Position numbers and translations under genes: made by a program
Notes under the pieces: generated by a model
Told to the model about the DNA's origin: nothing
The model's input: only the letters and a program-made list of their open reading frames with translations
Databases searched by the model: none
In this document: positions 19,505 through 23,204 of the stretch, one piece after another
Numbering within the stretch: the first letter of the stretch is position 1
Layout of the letters: each line of letters begins with the position of its first letter
From: Fonticula alba ATCC 38817
Taxonomy: Eukaryota; Protista; Nucleariida
Assembly (NCBI GenBank): GCA_000388065.2
Contig: KB932217.1
Strand: one strand, 5' to 3'
DNA length: 23,204 nucleotides

Positions 19505-22500
19505 CCCAGGCCGATGCCGAGCCCGAAGGCTGGCAGCCGGCGCGCGGGACGTGGCGGGATCCCCGTGAGCGGGCGACCGGCACGGGGGTGGGGGGGGGAC
19601 AGGGGCCGGGGGGAGCGCAGACGAGCGAGGGAGGGACGTGAACAGGGGTATGTGCCCGGGAAGAGGAGGGTCACGAGTGGGGAGAATAAAAGGGCGCGGG
19701 CGGGGAGAATAAAAGGACGCGAGTGGGGAAAGAAAGATGTGACCGGCGAGATAAGACCAGGGATACAAAAACACAACGGGGGATGAAAAACACGACCGGA
19801 GATGAAAGACGCGACGAAGGATGAAAGACGCGACCAGCAATCAAAAGCATGACCGGCGATGAAAAACACGACCGGCGATGAAAATCACGACCGGCGATGA
19901 AAAACACGACCGGCGATGAAAGACGCGACCGACGATGAAAGACGTGAAGGAGAATCAGTATCAATCCAGCGGCAGGAGCGCGAAGACCCCCCCCCCCCCC
20001 CCCCCCCAACCGGGAAAGCAGCACGCACCGATGCGCCGGCTGGCAGCGGAGCTGACCCGACGAAGGCAGTCGGTCTTTTCGGGGCCGGTGCAGGCCCAGC
20101 AGCCCGGCGAGCAGGCGGCGCAGGCCGGCGGCGAGCCGTCCCAATCGGCAAAGTGCCCGGCCGGGCAGTCGGACACACAGGAGGCGCCCTGCAGCAGCAG
20201 GAGCCCCGGCTCGCACAGCTGGCACGTGGCCACCCTCGGGCAGTCGAGCGAGCCATCCGGCTGCATGGCGCAGACGGGCAGCCGGCCGGCCGGCTGGCAC
20301 GCCCGGCAGCCGGCCACACACGGCAGGCACACCGGCTCCGCCGGGGAGGCGGCGAACCCGGCGGCCGGGCACTCGGGCACACACTGGCCGGCGGTGCTCA
20401 GCAGCCAGCGGCCGCTGCCGGCACAGGCGGTGCACCAATCCGGCCGCCGGTGGCAGGTCCCGCAGGCCGGGGCGCAGGGCTGGCACCGGGCCGGCTCGGT
20501 GTCGGTCCCCGGCCGGAGGACCTCCCCCGGGGGGCAGGCCTCCAGGCACCGGCCGGCCGAGGGCGACAGCAGCATCCCCGCGGCGCAGGCGGTACACCGC
20601 CCGACGCAAGCCATGTCATAGGTGTCGGCGCGGGTGCAGGCGGCGCAGTCGCTCGGGCAGGGCAGGCACTGCTCGGTCGGCGGGCAGAGGAAGGCCCCGC
20701 CGGAGCAGGCGTCCACACAGTGGCCATCCTCCAGGAGACGGCCATCGGCACAGGCGGTGCAGTGGCCGGCGGTCGGGCCGTCGCACAGGCGGCACGCCGG
20801 CGAGCAGGCCCGACAGGCCGAGCCACCGGCCGGGCCCGGCTCCGGGTGCTGGCCCCCCGGGCAGCGCGTCAGGCACGAGCCATCCAGGCCGAGGACCCGG
20901 TCGGCCGGGCAGGCCGTGCAGGCATTCGCCCAGGGCCCGGTGCACTCGGCGCAGGTCCGATGGCAGGGGATGCACTGGCGGGCGTCCGGGTAGGTTGCAG
21001 CCGGGCAGGCCCTGTGGCAGACGCCATCCAGCAGGAAGGGCGCGGCGTCGGCGCAGCTGTCGCAGTGCTCCGGCCCCGGGCCGTGGCACGCGGTGCAGGA
21101 GGCATCGCACGAGAAGCAGGTCCCATCGAGGGACAGGGTGCCGGCCGGGCAGGCGCTCACGCAGGCGCCCTGGTGCAGCATGGCGGCCGAGGAGCACCGG
21201 TCGCACGTGTCGGCCGAGTGCCAGCAGTCCCGGCACCGGGGGGGGCAGGACCGGCACGTGCCCTGCTGGGCCCGGTGCCCGGGCGGGCACTGGTCCAGGC
21301 ACCGGAGCGGCGAGGACTCGGCCCGGTGGTGGAAGAGGCCGGCCGCGCATTCGGTGCAGTCGAGCCTGCCGTGGCCCTTGCACTCGCCGCACATGGGGTC
21401 GCATGGCAGGCAGCGCCCCTCCAAGGGGTAGTGCTTGGAGAGGCAGGCCTGGACACATTGGCGATCTTGGAGCAGGGCATCATTGCACCGCCAGCAGTCG
21501 CGATCGGAGGGCCCATTGCATGTGGCGCAGGCCGGGTGGCAGGGCCGGCACTCGCCGGATGCCGGGTCGCGGTATTGGCGCTCCTGGCAGCCGGAGGCAC
21601 AGGTCCCGGCGGCGGCGCCCTCGCGGATGAGCTCCAGCCCCGGGGCGCAGGAGGCGCACTGGCTGGCGGCCGGCCCGGTGCAGGTGAGGCAGGCCATGTT
21701 GCACGGCCGGCAAGAGGCGTCATGGGTCCAGGTGCCGGCCGGGCAGGTGTCCACGCAGGCCCCCTCCGGCGTCAGGACCAGCGGGTCGAAGCACCCGAGG
21801 CACGCATGGTCCCGGGTGCAGGAGGCACAGCCGGCCGGGCAGGCAACGCACCGGGCCCCGGAGGCCGGGTCGGCCGGTGGTCCGGCGGCCCACCGGAAGC
21901 CGGCCGCGCACCTTTGGCAGGCGTCCGGCTGGCCGTGGCACTCCTGGCAGCTGGCATGGCACACGCCACACCGCTCGGGCTGGGGGAAGTGCCCCTCGTC
22001 GCAGGCGATGCCGCACAGGGAGGCCGCCTGCGGGCTGGGCTGCCGGAAGATGAGCCCCGGCTGGCAGGCGGTGCAGCTGTCCGGGCCGGTGCACGTGGCG
22101 CACGACCGGGAGCATGGCTCGCAGGCGCCGGCCCGCAGGAAGAAGCCATCCTGGCAGCCGGTGCAGAGGCCGGGCCCGGTGCAGGTGGAGCAGGCTGCCG
22201 GGCAGGGCAGGCACACGGCCTGGGCATTGGGCCAGGTGCCGGCCGGGCAGGCGGCCAGGCACCGGCCCTCGTGCAAGAAGGCCCCCGGGGGGCAGGCCGT
22301 GCAGGCGGCCTCGGCCGCTGGCAGGGCACACGCCGCGCAGCTGGCATGGCAGTCGAAGCACCGGTCCGGCTGGGCCCCGTCGGCGGCGCGAACCATGCCC
22401 GGCGGGCAGGCGTGGCAGGTGTAGGCCGGCGGCTGGCCCTCCGGCGAGCACCACTGGCAGGTGGCATGGCAGGCGCACCGGCCGGCCGGGTCCGGGTGCA

Positions 22501-23204
22501 GCCCCGGCGAGCAGGCATCCAGGCAGGCGCCATTCTCCAGGACGGACCCCGGGTGGCAGCCGGTGCAGGCGCCGGCCGAGCCGGAGCAGGTGGCACAGGC
22601 AGCGCTGCAGGGCAGGCAGTTGGCCCCGTAGGCGAAGTAGCCGGCCGAGCAGGCGGCCAGGCACTGGTCCACCTGGAGCAGCTGGCCGGCCGGGCAGGCG
22701 GTGCAGGTGGTGGCGCTGCCCGCGCACCGGGCGCACGCCGCGTCGCACGGCAGGCAGGTGGCGTCGGCCTGGAAGTGGTTCCACGCGCAGGCGGCCACGC
22801 AGGTGGTCGCCGGCCGAGCCGGAGCAGGTGGCACAGGCAGCGCTGCAGGGCAGGCAGTTGGCCCCGTAGGCGAAGTAGCCGGCCGAGCAGGCGGCCAGGC
22901 ACTGGTCCACCTGGAGCAGCTGGCCGGCCGGGCAGGCGGTGCAGGTGGTGGCGCTGCCCGCGCACCGGGCGCACGCCGCGTCGCACGGCAGGCAGGGGGC
23001 GTCGGCCTGGAAGTGGTTCCACGCGCAGGCGGCCACGCAGGTGGTGCCCTGGAGGTATCGGCCGGACGGGCAGGAGGTACAGGTGGTGGCCGACCCGGAG
23101 CAGGTGGCACAGGCAGTGCCGCAGGCCAGGCACCGGGTGCCGGACTGGAAGTAGCCCGCCGAGCAGGCAGCCACGCAGGCGGAGCCCTGGAGGTATCGGC
23201 CGGA
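18314..23204 (-). CDS. Furin-like Cys-rich single-pass receptor protein kinase (TKL-like, non-RD); 5'-partial; frameshifted as assembled by a 238-bp duplication. Exons >23204-20029, 19529-19145, 19019-18314
   Basis: About 20 Cys-rich repeats, then TM AFGLGIGLGLLLLLLLLLVAWLV-RRLR. Kinase motifs: LGAGTQASVF (G-loop), VAIK, NEIALMW (alphaC Glu), VMEC hinge, HCDLKPAN (18823-18800), DLG (18751-18743), RYAAPE, DVYAAAMMLWE, ARPS; TGA at 18316-18314. Introns 20028-19530 (phase 1) and 19144-19020 (phase 2) restore the frame. Removing one 238-bp copy gives a single 1343-codon frame. Confidence 0.9.
19020..19144 (-). other. Intron within the kinase N-lobe (125 nt, phase 2)
   Basis: GTGCGC...ACTGAC (19074-19069)...CAG. 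The join gives NEIALM-W-LLRDCAHIVRIYG. Confidence 0.92.
19530..20028 (-). other. Intron directly before the TM exon of receptor 2 (499 nt, phase 1)
   Basis: GTGCGT donor, G21 run, ACTGAT at 19959-19954, CAG acceptor. The join gives SRRI-A-FGLGIG. Confidence 0.9.
19782..19952 (+). repeat. 19-bp minisatellite, 9 tandem units (consensus GATGAAA(A/G)AC(A/G)CGACCGGC)
   Basis: Units start at 19782, 19801, 19820, 19839, 19858, 19877, 19896, 19915 and 19934 in exact 19-nt phase; more degenerate related units extend to ~19680. Confidence 0.95.
22570..23045. repeat. Near-perfect 238-bp tandem duplication inside receptor 2
   Basis: Copies 22570-22807 and 22808-23045 differ at one visible position (22759 T vs 22997 G; Thr vs Pro). 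238 is not a multiple of 3. Confidence 0.93.

Noticed and set aside
19782-19952. Regular repeats as a possible CRISPR array
   Set aside because: Head-to-tail 19-bp units with no unique spacers, inside a eukaryotic intron, and no cas genes.
22570-23045. An intron removing the frameshifting duplicate
   Set aside because: No GT(A/G)CG donor or CTRAY branch motif was found in the unit to support one.

Overview
Very GC-rich eukaryotic genomic DNA with spliceosomal introns, two assembly gaps (6676-7535, 12894-13048) and many simple repeats. The style (fungal-like CTRAC branch sites, giant furin-like Cys-rich receptor kinases) suggests an opisthokont protist such as Fonticula, but that is inference only. 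Three genes can be built by hand with phase-consistent splice junctions. (1) A minus-strand giant single-pass receptor (signal peptide, Cys-poor N-terminal domain, furin-like Cys-rich repeats, TM) that runs off the left edge. (2) A plus-strand six-exon CCCH zinc finger + DUF1771-like + Smr protein whose Smr nuclease motifs are degenerate. (3) A minus-strand paralogous Cys-rich receptor with a non-RD (HCDLKPAN) TKL-like kinase domain, 5'-truncated by the window edge and frameshifted by a 238-bp tandem duplication. The most unusual signals are in splicing. All 10 inferred donors are GT(A/G)CG(N). Three introns of 243-528 nt contain no AG except the acceptor, and their only CTRAY branch motif lies about 70 nt from the donor and 168-458 nt from the acceptor. 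Most long ORFs in the supplied track are GC-driven shadow frames.
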